Of a DNA stretch of 64,000 nt, positions 9,499 through 23,800 are shown piece by piece. This DNA is from Paraspadella gotoi (Eukaryota; Animalia; Chaetognatha). The stretch lies in contig JBJCIZ010000744.1 of assembly GCA_051294375.1 (NCBI GenBank), forward strand, positions 858,262 through 922,261. The letters are read 5' to 3'. The notes below the pieces were generated by a model, which did no database searches, was not told the origin of the DNA, and saw only the letters and a program-made list of their open reading frames with translations. Each line of letters begins with the position of its first letter. Positions within the stretch are counted from its first letter, which is position 1. A program made the position numbers and the translations under genes.

Positions 9499-12400
9499 GC
9501 GCCTATAGCAGTGGGTCTTAAGCCACTACGCAAACAATTATGATATAGACGTTTGTCAATGATTTGACGATCTTCTGTTAAGTAAAGATATAAGTTTTTA
9601 AAATTTGAAACGTAACTTACCTCAAAGCAGAGTAAGTCAGTCTTTAATTTTCATCGAATCTCGATTTGCGTCTCAATGATTTGACTTCGTTTTGCGATGA
9701 GACTAAGATTTTCAAAAGAAAATGAATAAAACGAATTAACTGTAATAAAAATATGAATACATTTCTAACATTGAAAAACACGTGATTGAGGGTTTAATAC
9801 AAAGTGGATGAAAAATAATTTAACAAAACAAGGAACAAATTTACTCACTGGGTAAATATTCCATATCTTCTGAAGTTGACGTGTAAACTTTGAAAAACAT
9901 TGTTGCAAACGTCTGAAATCATATGTTAATTGAATAGATTACTATTGCGTAAAAGCCATAGTTGTAAACCATATTAAGAATGCTAAATACTATATTTCTA
10001 TTTACCTTAGGATAAAAATCTCCCAGAATTAAAATACTTGACGAGCGAACTATTTACAATCGTTGTCCTTGATTTTAAAATTCGATCTCCAACTTCCACT
10101 TTTCATTCCGGTTTTTATCTCAGGATCGAAGTCGAGGCACTCTCTAAAGAAAATTTGGGTAAAATTCTGTAACATCAAATTCATAAAGAGTCATTTACAT
10201 AAACTCAAAGTAAATATCTCAGTTTATTAAACTTCTCTCCAAGGAAACTCTGCCGTCAGGTCACGGATCTGAAGTTAGTCAACGCGTCGCTGCCGAGAGT
10301 CAATGCTACGAGGTTGCGAGGCGACAGTCAGGCTTGGTCATTTGTCATTTTCGTTGGTGTCATTTGACACTTTAGAACAACTGGTCATTTTGGCCTGTGT
10401 CAATGATCAATTGGATCAGTGTCACTGGCCACTGGTCGCTTTGTTTGCAATTTCTAATTTCCTTTTTTTTTCTCTCCACTTTTCTCTTTCCACTTTCCAC
10501 TGATTCTACCTGTCGAGGAACTAGTAGTCAGCCTGCCTCGCCAGGCGTATCTCCGTCCTATGATCCGTCGCGCCATTACTGGGGGAGACTGCCGTCAACT
10601 CCCCTCGTCGCCGGAAGTGGGCGCGGCCGCATCCAGCGCCCCTTTGGTGGCGCCGTCGCGAGTGACGCCGAGACCCTTTGTCGGCGAGGGTGTCAGCCTC
10701 TTTGTCACCGCCTCCGTCAGTTGTCCACAAGTCCATCGAAAGTGCCTGTGGTCGAAGTGTGAGACTCCACAAGTCTATTGCCCACGTGACAAGACGTCAT
10801 GATCTGCTACAAGTGGTGACAAGACGTGACTGAGTGACAACATGTCTCATGTCCCCGTAAAAAGGCCGTTTTGGGACGGGCTGAAGTCTCTCAGTGACTG
10901 GTCTCTCTGTGAAACGTGAAGGTAAAGAGCATAGAAAGTAGCACACAGATAGACTTCAGTAGACAAAATGTAGAAAACGAATCATGATGAGTAAGGTAAA
11001 CAGATGAGCAACTGCATCTCTCAACACTACCCGAATCGCGATACCAAATTTAGTTTTATCAAATTATGTATTTTGGCCAAATTTTGACTAAATTAAAAAA
11101 CCAGTTGAGTCACTGACGTTCAGGTGTTTTTTTTTTAACTTTGATATTTTTTCTCTCTCTTTATCTCTCTCTCTCTCTCTCTCATTTCTGTCCTTCGCAA
11201 AAACTAAATAATTCGGCCTTAGAACCGGTAAAGTCAAGTGAAGAGGAGCAAAGTCGAGTTTAGTGGAGAGGCGGAGTCACGCTGATAGAAACTTTTAAGT
11301 TTAGTTGAATAATAATGAAAAAATGAATAAATTTCGGCTCTACGATTCACTCTGTCAGTTCGTTGGTCCCACCCCAAAATATTGTCGGAAAGTTAGGACT
11401 TAAATCATTTCAGAACATCAAATTATGATAAAGTATGTAAAAAATTGAAGTCCGTTCATAGTCCTTCGTCTGTCTGATTTACTTGAATTTTTTTGTGTTG
11501 GGAGGAAAGTGTGTGATTGAGCTGGAAATCAAGTTTTGATGAGATCGTCCGAGTGGAAATGAGTTTAAACGAAATTAATTATTTGATTAATTAATTATTT
11601 AATTAATAAGGAGAGAGAAAAAGGTAAGATAAGAATATGAGCTGTCAAACATAGAGAGAATAATTAATTAATTATCTGATCAGCTGCTTATTGAAAATGA
11701 TTGTGGGCCGATTGTTTGCTCAAATTTGTTATGATAAACTTGTGATCGTTAATTAGTTTTAATTCAGCTATGGTAGGGACCGGCACAAAAATTTTGTATT
11801 TTCTTTCTGGCTTCCATGGATTTAAACCTTTAATCCCCTTTAACCCACAAACGTCAATTGATCATTGATTGCCATTTTGATTGGTAATTTTTAGAGTACG
11901 AGGCAAGCAATGAACGCTGACTATACATCAATTTCTGCTCTTCTTTTCTGAGTCACATTTTTGAACAAAAACCTTTCACAATTGTAAATATCTATAAGCA
12001 ATTCATAACCCTTTTTTTTGCTCATAAAGATGAAATAATACTAATTTTTTTCTTAATTATAATTTAAAATGCTTTGATAAATAAAAATCTATAATAATTT
12101 CAGCTTTTTACTTAATAGTATGGCGCAAAAAGGCATAAAATGGCGCTACGCCACACCACGTTTGGTCTCATCTCCTCCCTTTCCCCCGCCTTTTAATTTC
12201 AAAACAATTTCGTCGATTTTTGTAAAAATTTCAGTAAACGTTCCCACGAAATGAGTCTGTATTTTCATGGTAAAAGTTTAAAAAAATATTTTATCAATGC
12301 CAATATATTTAATAAAATAATAAATGAAAATATGAGACATATATACTAAACAATTGGAATTTTCTTTAAAAGAAATATTCGCTTCAGTGAAGAAACCATC

Positions 12401-12574
12401 ACTACGAAATCTTCGACTCGGTATATTAGATTTGTTTTTATTTAAAATATTAAATAATTTTAAAACTAGTAATTCGTGTTTACATTTAAATAAAAAGAAA
12501 ACTATCAGTTGATTGTACGTACCATTGCGCTATATTCAAAACTCAAATAGATTTTTATTGAAAAGCAGAATATT

Positions 12575-12720
12575 TTGGGAACTCAAATGATTCGAACAAA
12601 GACAAGGACGACGACGAATATAATAACGAAGACGACGACGAAGTCTTTGTACTTTGTGACCCGTAGTGGTCAGTAAGAATGACCGTTCATATCCAAACAA
12701 AATGACCTTGTTATGGCTGA
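12575..12720. repeat. Short dispersed repeat with (gac)n core and small hairpin
   Basis: tttgggaactcaaatgatt..(gac)n..gacccgtag(t/a)ggtcagtaagaatgacc..atgaccttgttatggct also occurs at about 38605-38750 and, independently of the duplication, at 62840-62965. Confidence 0.7.
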
Positions 12721-13119
12721 CCTTTTCCAGCCAATATAAATATGTATTTGTTGTTGTTGTTATTTTTACCTTTATGATTTTTACTCTGTTTTCCGTCAAT
12801 ACATGTTTTCTCTTCTCACAAAAAATACGTCTCGAATTTTTCTCTAAATTCTGAGTTCTAAATTTTGAGTCACCGCAATATTCATTATTTTGTTTGAGAC
12901 CCAAAAGGCTCAAAAAAATACTAACGGTTCTTGAAAACTAATGAAAAGCGGAAAAACTTGTTCTGTTTCGCTCAGTTGGTTTATGCTACTTCGTTTTAAA
13001 TTACGATCGAGAGAAATAGAAAGATTTTCAAATTTAAATAATGACAACAATATTTTTATTAAATTTTATAATTTGAGTTGAGAGAGAGAGAAACGAAAAG
13101 GAATGAGAGGGGGGGAGAG

Positions 13120-13157
<38 letters not shown>

Positions 13158-13319
13158 AAATACTATTCATAGAATTAAATCACTATTAAATGCAAGACAA
13201 AAATACATCATTATTATTCGCTTTGAAAACGACTGCCTTATAAGGAGATGGCGGCGGCACATCTGTCAATTAGAAAAAAAGCAGAACTATTTATCTGATG
13301 AGTATGTTATGACTTTCCG

Positions 13320-13540
13320 TCGTGATCCGGTGGCAAATTGAGTAAAGCCATCAGCTCATGACCAATAGGTACCGGGTTCAATCCCAACCCGATAGTTACC
13401 CAGCGGGAATCGTGAGGACGGTCCAAACCGTTTTGGTAGCCTGGTTACAAGCCCAGGATCCGTTCCATGGTTGCTAGAGGGGGTGAAAGAACTTGCGGAT
13501 AGCAGTCTTCAGCCCCACTTAGCGCCTTATCCACATAACT
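13320..13540 (+). mobile_element. tRNA-derived SINE-like element, family B
   Basis: A-box-like ggtggcaaattgagt, B-box ggttcaatccc and a cacataac tail. Copies at about 39355-39580 and 26780-27080 (noisy), and a diverged relative at 49645-49830. Confidence 0.6.
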
Positions 13541-13673
13541 AAATTTTAATATTTCTATGTATAATATATATATATATTCTGTTACGTTGTAACAATTTGC
13601 AACAGGTTGCTAAGAAAAAATCTAACATTCAAAAATGCGTTTAAAATTNNNNNNNNNNNNNNNNNNNNNNNNN

Positions 13674-16298
13674 CCCAATGGCCGCTGATGAACGGTTGTG
13701 TGATTTTAGTCCACCATACCGCGCCTATAGCAGTGGGTCCTTAAGCCACTACGCAAACAATTATGATATAGACGTTTGTCAATGATTTGACGATCTTCTG
13801 TTAAGTAAGATATAAGTTTTTAAAATTTGAAACGTAACTTACCTCAAAGCAGAGTAAGTCAGTCTTTAATTTTCATCGAATCTCGATTTGCGTCTCAATG
13901 ATTTGACTTCGTTTTGCGATGAGACTAAGATTTTCAAAAGAAAATGAATAAAACGAATTAACTGTAATAAAAATATGAATACATTTCTAACATTGAAAAA
14001 CACGTGATTGAGGGTTTAATACAAAGTGGATGAAAAATAATTTAACAAAACAAGGAACAAATTTACTCACTGGGTAAATATTCCATATCTTCTGAAGTTG
14101 ACGTGTAAACTTTGAAAAACATTTTGCAAACGTCTGAAATCATATGTTAATTGAATAGATTACTATTGCGTAAAAGCCATAGTTGTAAACCATATTAAGA
14201 ATGCTAAATACTATATTTCTATTTACCTTAGGATAAAAATCTCCCAGAATTAAAATAACTTGACGAGCGAACAATTTACATCGTTGTCCTTGATTTTAAA
14301 ATTCGATCTCCAACTCCACTTTTCATTCCGGTTTTTATTCTCAGGATCGAAGTCGAGGCACTCTCTAAGAAAATTTGGGTAAAATTCTGTAACATCAAAT
14401 TCATAAAGAGTCATTTACATAAACTCAAAGTAAATATCTCAGTTTATTAAACTTCTCTCCAAGGAAACTCTGCCGTCAGGTCACGGATCTGAAGTTAGTC
14501 AACGCGTCGCTGCCGAGAGTCAATGCTACGAGGTTGCGAGGCGACAGTCAGGCTTGGTCATTTGTCATTTTCGTTGGTGTCATTTGACACTTTAGAACAA
14601 CTGGTCATTTTGGCCTGTGTCAATGATCATTGGATCAGTGTCACTGGCCACTGGTCGCTTTGTTTGCAATTTCTAATTTCCTTTTTTTCTCTCCACTTTT
14701 CTCTTTCCACTTTCCACTGATTCTACCTGTCGAGGAACTAGTAGTCAGCCTGCCTCGCCAGGCGTATCTCCGTCCTATGATCCGTCGCGCCATTACTGGG
14801 GAGACTGCCGCAACTCCCTCGTCCCGGAAGTGGGCGCGGCCGCATCCAGCGCCCTCTTGGTGGCGCCGTCGCGAGTGACGCCGAGACCCTTTGTCGGCGA
14901 GGGTGTCAGCCTCTTTGTCACCGCCTCCGTCAGTTGTCCACAAGTCCATCGAAAGTGCCTGTGGTCGAAGTGTGAGACTCCACAAGTCTATTGCCCACGT
15001 GACAGACGTCATGATCTGCTACAAGTGGTGACAAGACGTGACTGAGTGACAACAATGTCTCATGTCCCCGTAAAAAGGCCGTTTTGGACGGGCTGAAGTC
15101 TCTCCAGTGACTGGTCTCTCTGTGAAACGTGAAGGTAAAGAGCATAGAAAGTAGCACACAGATAGACTTCAGTAGACAAAATGTAGAAAAACGAATCATG
15201 ATGAGTAAGGTAAACAGATGAGCAACTGCATCTCTCAACACTACCCGAATCGCGATACCAAATTTAGTTTTATCAAATTATGTATTTTGGCCAAATTTGA
15301 CTAAATTAAAAAACCAGTTGAGATCACTGACGTTCAGGTTTTTTTTTTTAACTTTGATATTTTTTCTCTCTCTTTATCTCCTCTCTCTCTCTCTTCATTT
15401 CTGTCCTTCGCAAAAACTAAATAATTCGGCCTAGAACCGGTAAAGTCAAGTGAAGAGGAGCAAAGTCGAGTTTTAGTGGAGAGGCGGAGTCACGCTGATA
15501 GAAACTTTTAAGTTAGTGGAATATAATGAAAAAATGAATAAATTTCGGCTCTACGATTCACTCTGTCAGTTCGTTGGTCCACCCCAAAATATTGTCGGAA
15601 AGTTAGGACTTAAATCATTTCAGAACATCAAATTATGATAAAGTATGTAAAAATTGAAGTCCGTTCATAGTCCTTCGTCTGTCTGATTTACTTGAATTTT
15701 GTGTTGGGAAGAAAGTGTGTGATTGAGCTGGAAATCAAGTTTTGATGAGTCGTCCGAGTGGAAATGAGTTTAAACGAAATTAATTATTTGATTAATTAAT
15801 TATTTAATTAATAAGGAGAGAGAAAAGGTAAGATAAGAATATGAGCTGTCAAACATAGAGAGAATAATTAATTAATTATCTGATCAGCTGCTTATTGAAA
15901 AGATTGTGGCCGATTGTTTGCTCAAATTTGTTATGATAAACTTGTGATCGTTAATTAGTTTTAATTCAGCTATGGTAGGGACCGCACAAAAATTTTTGTA
16001 TTTCTTTCTGGCTTCCATGGATTTAAACCTTTAATCCCCTTTAACCCACAACGTCAATTGATCATTGATTGCCATTTGATTGGTAATATTTTAGAGTACG
16101 AGGCAAGCAATGAACGCTGACTATACATCAATTTCTGCTCTTCTTTCTGAGTCACATTTTTGAACAAAAACCTTTCACAATTGTAAATATCTATAAGCAA
16201 TTCATCACCCTTTTTTTGCTCATAAAGATGAAATAATACTAATTTTTTCTTAATTATAATTTAAAATGTTTGATAAATAAAAATCTATTATAATTTCA
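13674..16298 (+). repeat. Near-identical duplicate of about 9455-12100, directly after an N gap
   Basis: Colinear match differing almost only by single-base indels; follows the N run at 13649-13673. Confidence 0.9.
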
Positions 16299-16299
16299 C

Positions 16300-17810
16300 G
16301 TTCCCTCTGGCTGCGTTACCGTGGTACAGCACGCTGCAAAAAGGCTGCCGCTGACGAGTTAACGTAGGTTAGAGGCGGCGGCCGGGCGGTCTTGCGGACT
16401 GCCGAAATTTGCGTAAGAGATGGCAGCATCAAAGTCGGCAAGTGTCAAAGAATTTGATGGCCACTTCCGTTTTTAATACTGCCAGTGCTCGTCCACTGTA
16501 GACCCTCGATGGAAAGACAGACATGGACCGGTTGTGGGTCCTTTCATCGAAATTTGTCCACCCCGGCTCGCCCGATCTGGGAGTTTTGCGAAGTTGGCCG
16601 CTGCACCGGAAGGCCAAAGAACTCGGTCCGGCTCTCTTCTTGGCTGATATGTCGACTGCGGTCTTTTACCTTACACGGCCGTAATTTTCCGTGGATTTTT
16701 TGTACAAATTTCAACGTAAATTGTTCCCTGACGCCCTCTGTGGAAGGCTGCGGCTCAAGATGGCGGCCTTGACTAGTTCCACTTCGTAGGCTCCGGATGT
16801 GAGGCCTTCAAGGTACGGCCGAAATCAATAATAAGCAGAAAGGTGATGAGATTGATAATGGCCGTGCGGGTGACGCCTTTCAACTACGTCATCTTTCACA
16901 ACGCCTTTGCGGCGCCGCCGGTTGGGCGTCTTCACCATAGATGTTTTTCAATGTGGGGGCGACAAGGTGTTGTGTGCGTCCGGGTGCTTTCGTCGATGCG
17001 CAGCGCGTGTGGATATCAGCGGTTTGCCGCGCGAGATAGGGATGGCGCTGAGATTCTGCGCGGATCTCTTCTTCTCCGCCGCGATTGTTGACGCGGTTGG
17101 GTGGCGTCGAAATTCCACAGCGGTGTGCGTCCCAAACCACTCCTCAAGATTGTGGTCGGGGTCAAGACGTTGTCTGTCAGTTTGTGTTGATTTCGCCTTT
17201 TGCAGGGGCTCGGGAGGGAGACGGAGGGTGCGATTGGCGTTTCTTCTGCGGGGGCCTCTAAAGTTAATTTCTTCTACTAAGAGAAGGCAATTCTGTTGAA
17301 CTTCGTTATACTTTGCGATTCTGCTGAAGGGGGCGGTTTTGCGTCTTTCCGTTGATCGAGGCAAGTCTCGCGTTTATGTCTCGAAAATTCATTTTGGTGA
17401 AAAGTTTTTCGCATTTGCGTTTCGAAAGCATCTCGCTGGATTGTCGCAGCGGCGGGCGTCGTGAAACGCCATGCGTCGCGGCGGCTATCGGACTGGACGC
17501 GTGTGACAATCGTGTTTGTCACCAGGCATTGTACTTCTTCTTCGTCGGCGGGCGTTGACGCGGGACGGAGAATACTCGGACGTCGTGACATTGAAGGAGG
17601 AAAAAATGTGCAGTTTTCGAAACTAGTGTTTGTGTTTTTTGCTTTGTTTTTTTTCCTCTTTAAGTTTTTTTTTAAATTTTTGGTTCACGGGGGGCTCACC
17701 ACGTGTGACGACAACAAGTTCAGAGTAAAGATGATTTATTCTTCAAACAATGTCAATAACAATAACAAGTCAAAGGCTCAGATGCTAAGTCTACAACAAT
17801 GCATATTACA
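16300..17810 (-). mobile_element. Possible 5' end of an LTR retrotransposon (LTR end, PBS, gag-like region) in error-rich sequence
   Basis: Minus strand reads AATAAA (17735-17740), then ...gtcgtcaCA-cg-TGGTGAGCCCCCCGTGAA (17701-17684; resembles the tRNA-Trp PBS TGGTGACCCCGACGTGA), a short A-rich leader, an ATG at 17591 and about 1.3 kb of intron-free GC-rich sequence broken into overlapping ORFs. No unambiguous gag or pol motif was recognised. Confidence 0.35.
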
Positions 17811-20800
17811 ATGGGATCATAAGTTTGACCATAAGAGAAAAATGCCAATGACGAGGTAAGGTTGAGAGTAAGGTCAGATTGTTATGACCGTGGTTGCCGT
17901 GTTTTATTGCGTTTGTTCGTCCACCAATTATTCTTTTAAATTTCAGTTTCCCATTATATAGCTTGAAAGACAAGCGTTAATAATAATAATTTATAAATAT
18001 TTAATGAGAGTAATAATAATGATAGTAAATATTTTCTTCTCCTTACCAGATTGTAAAGTCATGTCCACACACCCATGAGCAAGTTGATGAAGACGCCCGC
18101 CGCCGCGCGCACCGGCCTTGGCGTCGTCCCGCTCCAGCGTACGGAGCGCAGGGAATATAGAGAAAGGCGGGTCGATTGAGGGAGAGGCGCGGTGAGGAGG
18201 AACGGAGGGAGACGAGAGGGAAGTCCTGCTGTAAGCGACTAGGGGAGAGGGGGAGGAGAGAGTGAGGAAAGAGAGAGAGGCGAGAGAGGGAAAAGAGCAG
18301 TAAGGGGAGAGAGAAGGGGGAGAGAAGGGGGAGAAAGAAAGGAGTGGAAAGAGGGAGAGAGGCGAAAGAGAAGGTGAGACAGTGGGAAAATAGACAACGG
18401 GGGGACGAGAGAGGGAAGTGGGAGAGAGATGGAGAAGGTAGGAGGAGGAAGAGAAAGAGAGAGAGCTTTTTAGTGGTGTTTAAAATGTTTTGTTTCGAAC
18501 AAGATTAATGCCGTTTAAAACATTAATTCAATTGTGTTAAAAAAACGAAAATAATATATCTTACAAAATACATCGATTACATCACCAAAAAACGTGAATA
18601 TTAAAATTAGTAATTTATCATATTTTACATAAACAAATTATACCATTTTAAACGTTAATACCGCCTCCTTTTCAGCGAACTTATTTAGAGAACCGAGTAC
18701 ACGTAATAATCTTTCGCGACAAGAAACCATAAAAGAGCAAGCAGCCTTGGTGGGGGTGGTAACACTTTCCTCATATTCCTCACCTTTTTACTTTCTTTCT
18801 CCTTCTCCCCTGCCTCTCTTCCTCCTCCTCCTCTGTCTCCTCCTCCTCCTCAAATTGCCAGGGAAGTCTTTCACTTATTTCCCCTTTAACCCAAGATTTG
18901 GGGCCAGAAAGGTCAAGATTCGAGCGACAAGAACCAACCGACATGACAGATTTCAACGAGCGTCCTCCTTCAAGTTTTATTGAAGCGTAGGGTTTCATGA
19001 GAAGTAATAAAAATCACGAGAAGAAAAATCATTATACAATTTGTTCTGGAATATTTACCAATTTAGCAATTTTTACTATATGCATAGAGCAACACTTCGT
19101 CAAAATTAGTAATTAATAAATTCATCGAGAATAAGAAAAAAAAAAACTAATCGACTTTGCAGATATAAATTATTTAAGTTTCAATGACAAAATTAATGAA
19201 TATTTAACGTAAACACGAAAACACCAAAAATCTTAAACTTTTTAGGCTTGGCCCCGAAAGCGAGAAAAAGATAAAAAAGTCATGTTGACTAAAACTTGGG
19301 GCTAAAAAATTTTTTTGGCCGGGGGGACATAGGAAAAATTCGTAGGGCGGGGAGCGAAGCAGGAAATGAAATGGAAATTCTGATCCTACGAGGGCGGTGT
19401 GAAGACAGAGAGAGAGAAGAGAAGACAAAAACGAGATTTCGGTGAGACCGAATTGAAAGAATTACCAGAGAGCGAAAGAGAGAAATATCTTAACAAAGAA
19501 AAGTTGTACAGCAAAAAAAAAAAAAAAAAAAAAAAATCATTGAGCAGATTTGGGATTCTCTTAAAAAATTAAAGTTTGAAAAAATAATGTATTTAAGCGG
19601 ACTTTGAAAAAAAAAGATAGGAAAACAAGATTTAATTAAGGGGATAACTTTTGCAAACGAAAGACAAATAAAAATAAAAAAAGCGAGAAAGAAGATATTT
19701 AAAAAGATTTAATACTAATATTTATAGTTTAAAAGAAAGAATAAAAATTTTTAAAAAATATGAAAAGCATAAATTTCCGCAAGAACATCAAACGATTGGT
19801 TGATCTTTTTTTTTTCAAGAAATTTTTTTTTTTAAAACATATTTATCATTGAGCCTTAAATCTTTGTCATTCCGAGAAAAAAGAAATAAAATATTTCATT
19901 TTTTTATTATATAATTTTAAATTTTTTCTTTAACGATCCTTCTTTGAAAAGTGTGCGATAAATATCTTTTTCCCGCAAAAATGCAGCGAGAGGTCTTGAT
20001 AAAATATATACAGCAGAGGAAGGGGAGAAAGTAAAGGAGAATGGAGAGTGAGAATAGTCGGTAGGAGCACCCTAGTGATAAAGGAGAATGTGGAGGAGAA
20101 GAAAATAGCATGGAAGAGAAATTATGGGTTTAAAGTTTAATTTAATTTTAAAAAACGAATTATATTTTTGTCCCTGTAATAGAAAAACGAATTCCGGAAA
20201 TTTTAAAAATGTTATAAATTACTTAATTGGTTAAATCGCAAAATTATTCGATCTCCATAATCAATTGGAACTTAATATTTTTTCCGTCTTTTAGTACCCA
20301 CTTTTACTTTTTCACTTTTTCTAGTTCACAGAAAAATTCGACCCCGTTTCTCTCAGCTGACTCTTAAAATATTTGATCATGTGACCACATCTGGCTCACA
20401 CCTTATCGCTTAAACGTCAGTCGCGACAAAATAAGAAATGCATTAGGCGACTTAGGGAAAATTCGCCCACTTCGAGCGGTCTAGGTTAATTAATCTTCCC
20501 ATTTTTTTGCATCATCAAAATATGTTGAAGCGTTTTGAGTTATTTAAATTTTTCAAGATTTGAAATAGAAAACTCGAATGAAATTGTTAAGATTGCCTTT
20601 TAAAAAAAATATATATTAAATTGCAATATTTCGATAATACTCTAGTAAAAAATGTTGTGCCTTTTTGTCTAGGAGAAAATTAAGTTTTTAATTTCATTTC
20701 CAACTTTTTAATAATTAATGATCAGATTCTGGAATTACAAACGGATTGTGCCTCTTGTTGCCACTGACCTACTTTACTACCCACGGGGCAATTTCAATAT

Positions 20801-23800
20801 GCAAATCTTGAATATTACAAAAACTAATTATTATCTAAAATTAAAATCAATTTTTTTAACAGATAAAGAAATTCATGATCACAGATATTCACAGACATCT
20901 GTCAATAAAAAGGAAAAGGGAATGAATATCTCTTATAGTTTTATTTTTTAGCGTCAGACATCACAAGAAAAAACTCTTGGACAATAAAAAGTTTCCTCGA
21001 CTGCCAAATAAATATGAGGCGAAAACAAAACAACAAAGGGTCGAAAAATATGCAGACTTAAGAACCCTAGGTTAAGATTAGAAAGAAAGATATAAATGGA
21101 AAAATACATATTATTTTTAAAGTCGCATATTAATTAAGACACAGAGAAATAATACATCAAAGCAAATGAGCTTCCTCTTTTTGTCGAAGAGTGCAGATAG
21201 AATTTTAAGAGAATAGGAGCGAGAATAGAGGGATATAAACAGTAAAAAGAGAAAATAATGAAGAGAGGGAAAAAGAGAAGCACAATGAATAGACTGCCGA
21301 TTAACGAGTGGAAAAATATGGATAAAGGAAATAACTAACAAAAATATGAAGAGCAGAGAAGAGAGAAAGCGAAGCGAGATAGAGAGGAAGGATTAACCGA
21401 AAAAGAAAGATATGCGAGTATAATAAGAGAGAGAAATCGTCAAGTCTGTATCAAACAAAAAACATATAAAAGGTGGTTGAATTTACGAACTAAAACAAAA
21501 AACACAGTCAAAGGCTTGAGCGAGCGAGAGAGATGAGGAAAAAAATAAAACGAGCAATGCAAAAAATCCACAATACGGACGAATGATCCATAAACAAAAA
21601 CTTTTTATAAAATTTTATCTGCGTCAAAAATAAATATTATTCTTCAACATCTAAGAAGTTAAAAATTAACACAGTGCCCTAAAAAAATGAGATTATGTTT
21701 TGCTGTATAATACATTTACGTGTTAGAACCTTTTCAAACCCAACAGGTTTTCCCTTCCCGCCGAGCCTTACACGATGACCCCTTTTCTTAAATTCATCAC
21801 CACGTTGAGATTCATCATTGGTTCACGCCCGCCTTGCATGAAATGGTTTTCTGGACTCGGATGCAGTGACGCAGTTTTGAAAAGAGAGAAAGTCGTTCTG
21901 TGGGGAGAAAGAGAGAGAAGAGGAGAGGAAACGAGAAGAAGAGAGAGAGAAGAAGAAAGAAGAGAGAGAAGAGAAAAAAGAAAAGAAAAATAAAGGGAAA
22001 GAAAAAGGAGGGAAAAAAGGAAATGAAAAAGGCCCCTAGCATTCTTCACCTAAAGGGCTTCCAAGAGAAAAACTGACAAATTCTTAAATTTAAATATTAA
22101 AACCTAATTCAAGTTGTCTATTTTTCGAGTAAAGATTTATAAAGTTGAAATTTGAAAAATAATTTTTGATATAAATTGACTTTCAAAAAGTATTAAACCT
22201 TAAAAAGCGTTTAATGTTTTCAATGATATATTTGCCATTGGAACTATAGGTTAGGGCGTAATGGAAAAGCAAATAATCGAAGGTTTCTGCCCTCAAAATA
22301 ATGTCCACCTCCGTTCTCACCTATCGGCTTCTCCCATTCTGTCTCCCCCCTCAAACTCCCCCTCACCTTCACAAAATCGCGGCCATCCTCTCCAAAAGAG
22401 TCCAACACCGCCTCTGTCCACCTAACGCTCATTCTCTCCAATCTTCCCTCCAACGACGACCGACAGCTCAGTTTCTCGATGGTCCGAGTCTCAGTACTAC
22501 GCATCCATCGAGACGCGCCACAGCGACGGGGCCCGCCGAGGAGCATGTGAACGTGGATAACGGTTTTCGCGGAGCGTCAGCGTCTCTTTCCGGCGGAGAT
22601 CACCCGTCACAGGTCTGAGATGAGATCCTCTATCTAATTACGAACAACACGGTACGCGGACATCGTCCACGTGGCCCGGTCGCAACACAGGCGTTCACGC
22701 TGACAAACGTCTTGACCGGCGTCGTTTTTCGGACGAAGAACGCCGTAAAAAATCTCTGGTTTTTTGCCGAGGAATCCCGGAACGACGGCAACCAATGCCA
22801 GGGAAAGCGATGTGGAGCGCCGGCTCCTGGAGTGCGGACACGGCGGACGTCGTTGGCGGCAGGACCCCCAAGCGCGCGGAGGAAGGCGGACGATGCCCCA
22901 GGGGTGAGAAAGAGCCCGGCGCACCGACGCGTAAGGCTCGGTGCCGTCCGGAACGCCTGTATAAGGACTGCGAAGCATGATTCGAAGCGATAGCCGCGTT
23001 ACAGGTTCCGCCTTCCGATAGGGAAAGAGGAGATGAAGAAAAACGAGGAAGATGAGAATTAATACTGTTGTTGTTGTTGTGTAGCTTCGGGTTCTCGATG
23101 GCCGGTCGCCGTCAAGTTCAACGAAAGAGGCTGACGGTAATTCCGGTGTTATGTGGAAGAGCGACTGACATTTTTGGAAGCACGACGACGACGACGACGA
23201 CTACGAAGGACGACGAGCGTGCAAGTTGGTATTTTTGTTTGCTTCTGTAAAACTCACTTTTTTTATTTTCGCTTTGAGAGCTTGACCGAGAAGAATAATT
23301 CATGGTTATGTGGAGCTCACAAAGATCCTGTGAAGAATTTAAATTTCCAATTATCAAAATTATTAAATTATTAATCATTTTAAAAAAATGATTCCCAATA
23401 ACAAATTTCTCACAAAAAAAAATATAGAATAATACCCATGCCAACCATATAAACGATAATGAACCATAGTGAAAAAAACGACCTCAGATAGAAAACGATT
23501 GTGCAAATGCTCTCTCGGTGGCCTTTTGCTCTCAGTTATTATTTTTTTGCCTTACTTCATAACTTTTCATATGTATTTTTATCTATCTTTGTTTTGTTGT
23601 ATCCTCGACGGTCCTCGTTTTGTCAAAGTGATACTTTTTTTTTTTTCCGTGCGGCACGGGAAGAAGGAAAGAGGAGAAGAAAAACTCGCCACAGAAGCGG
23701 TATAAAGACGTGTGTTGACCCTAATGGACAATGAGGAAGAGGAATAAGAGGCAGAGGCAGGTAAGAAGATGCAGGAGGTAGAGCCAATCCATTTATTTTG

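Noticed and set aside
9455-9535. Hammerhead ribozyme (CTGATGA core) in SINE family A, and a similar motif near 13294
   Set aside because: No properly placed GAAA after a stem II and no closing stems I/III could be found.
13320-13395. Functional tRNA genes at 5365-5435, 13320-13395, 49650-49715 and 53220-53295
   Set aside because: A/B boxes are present but acceptor and anticodon stems do not pair properly, and each continues into a repeat body.
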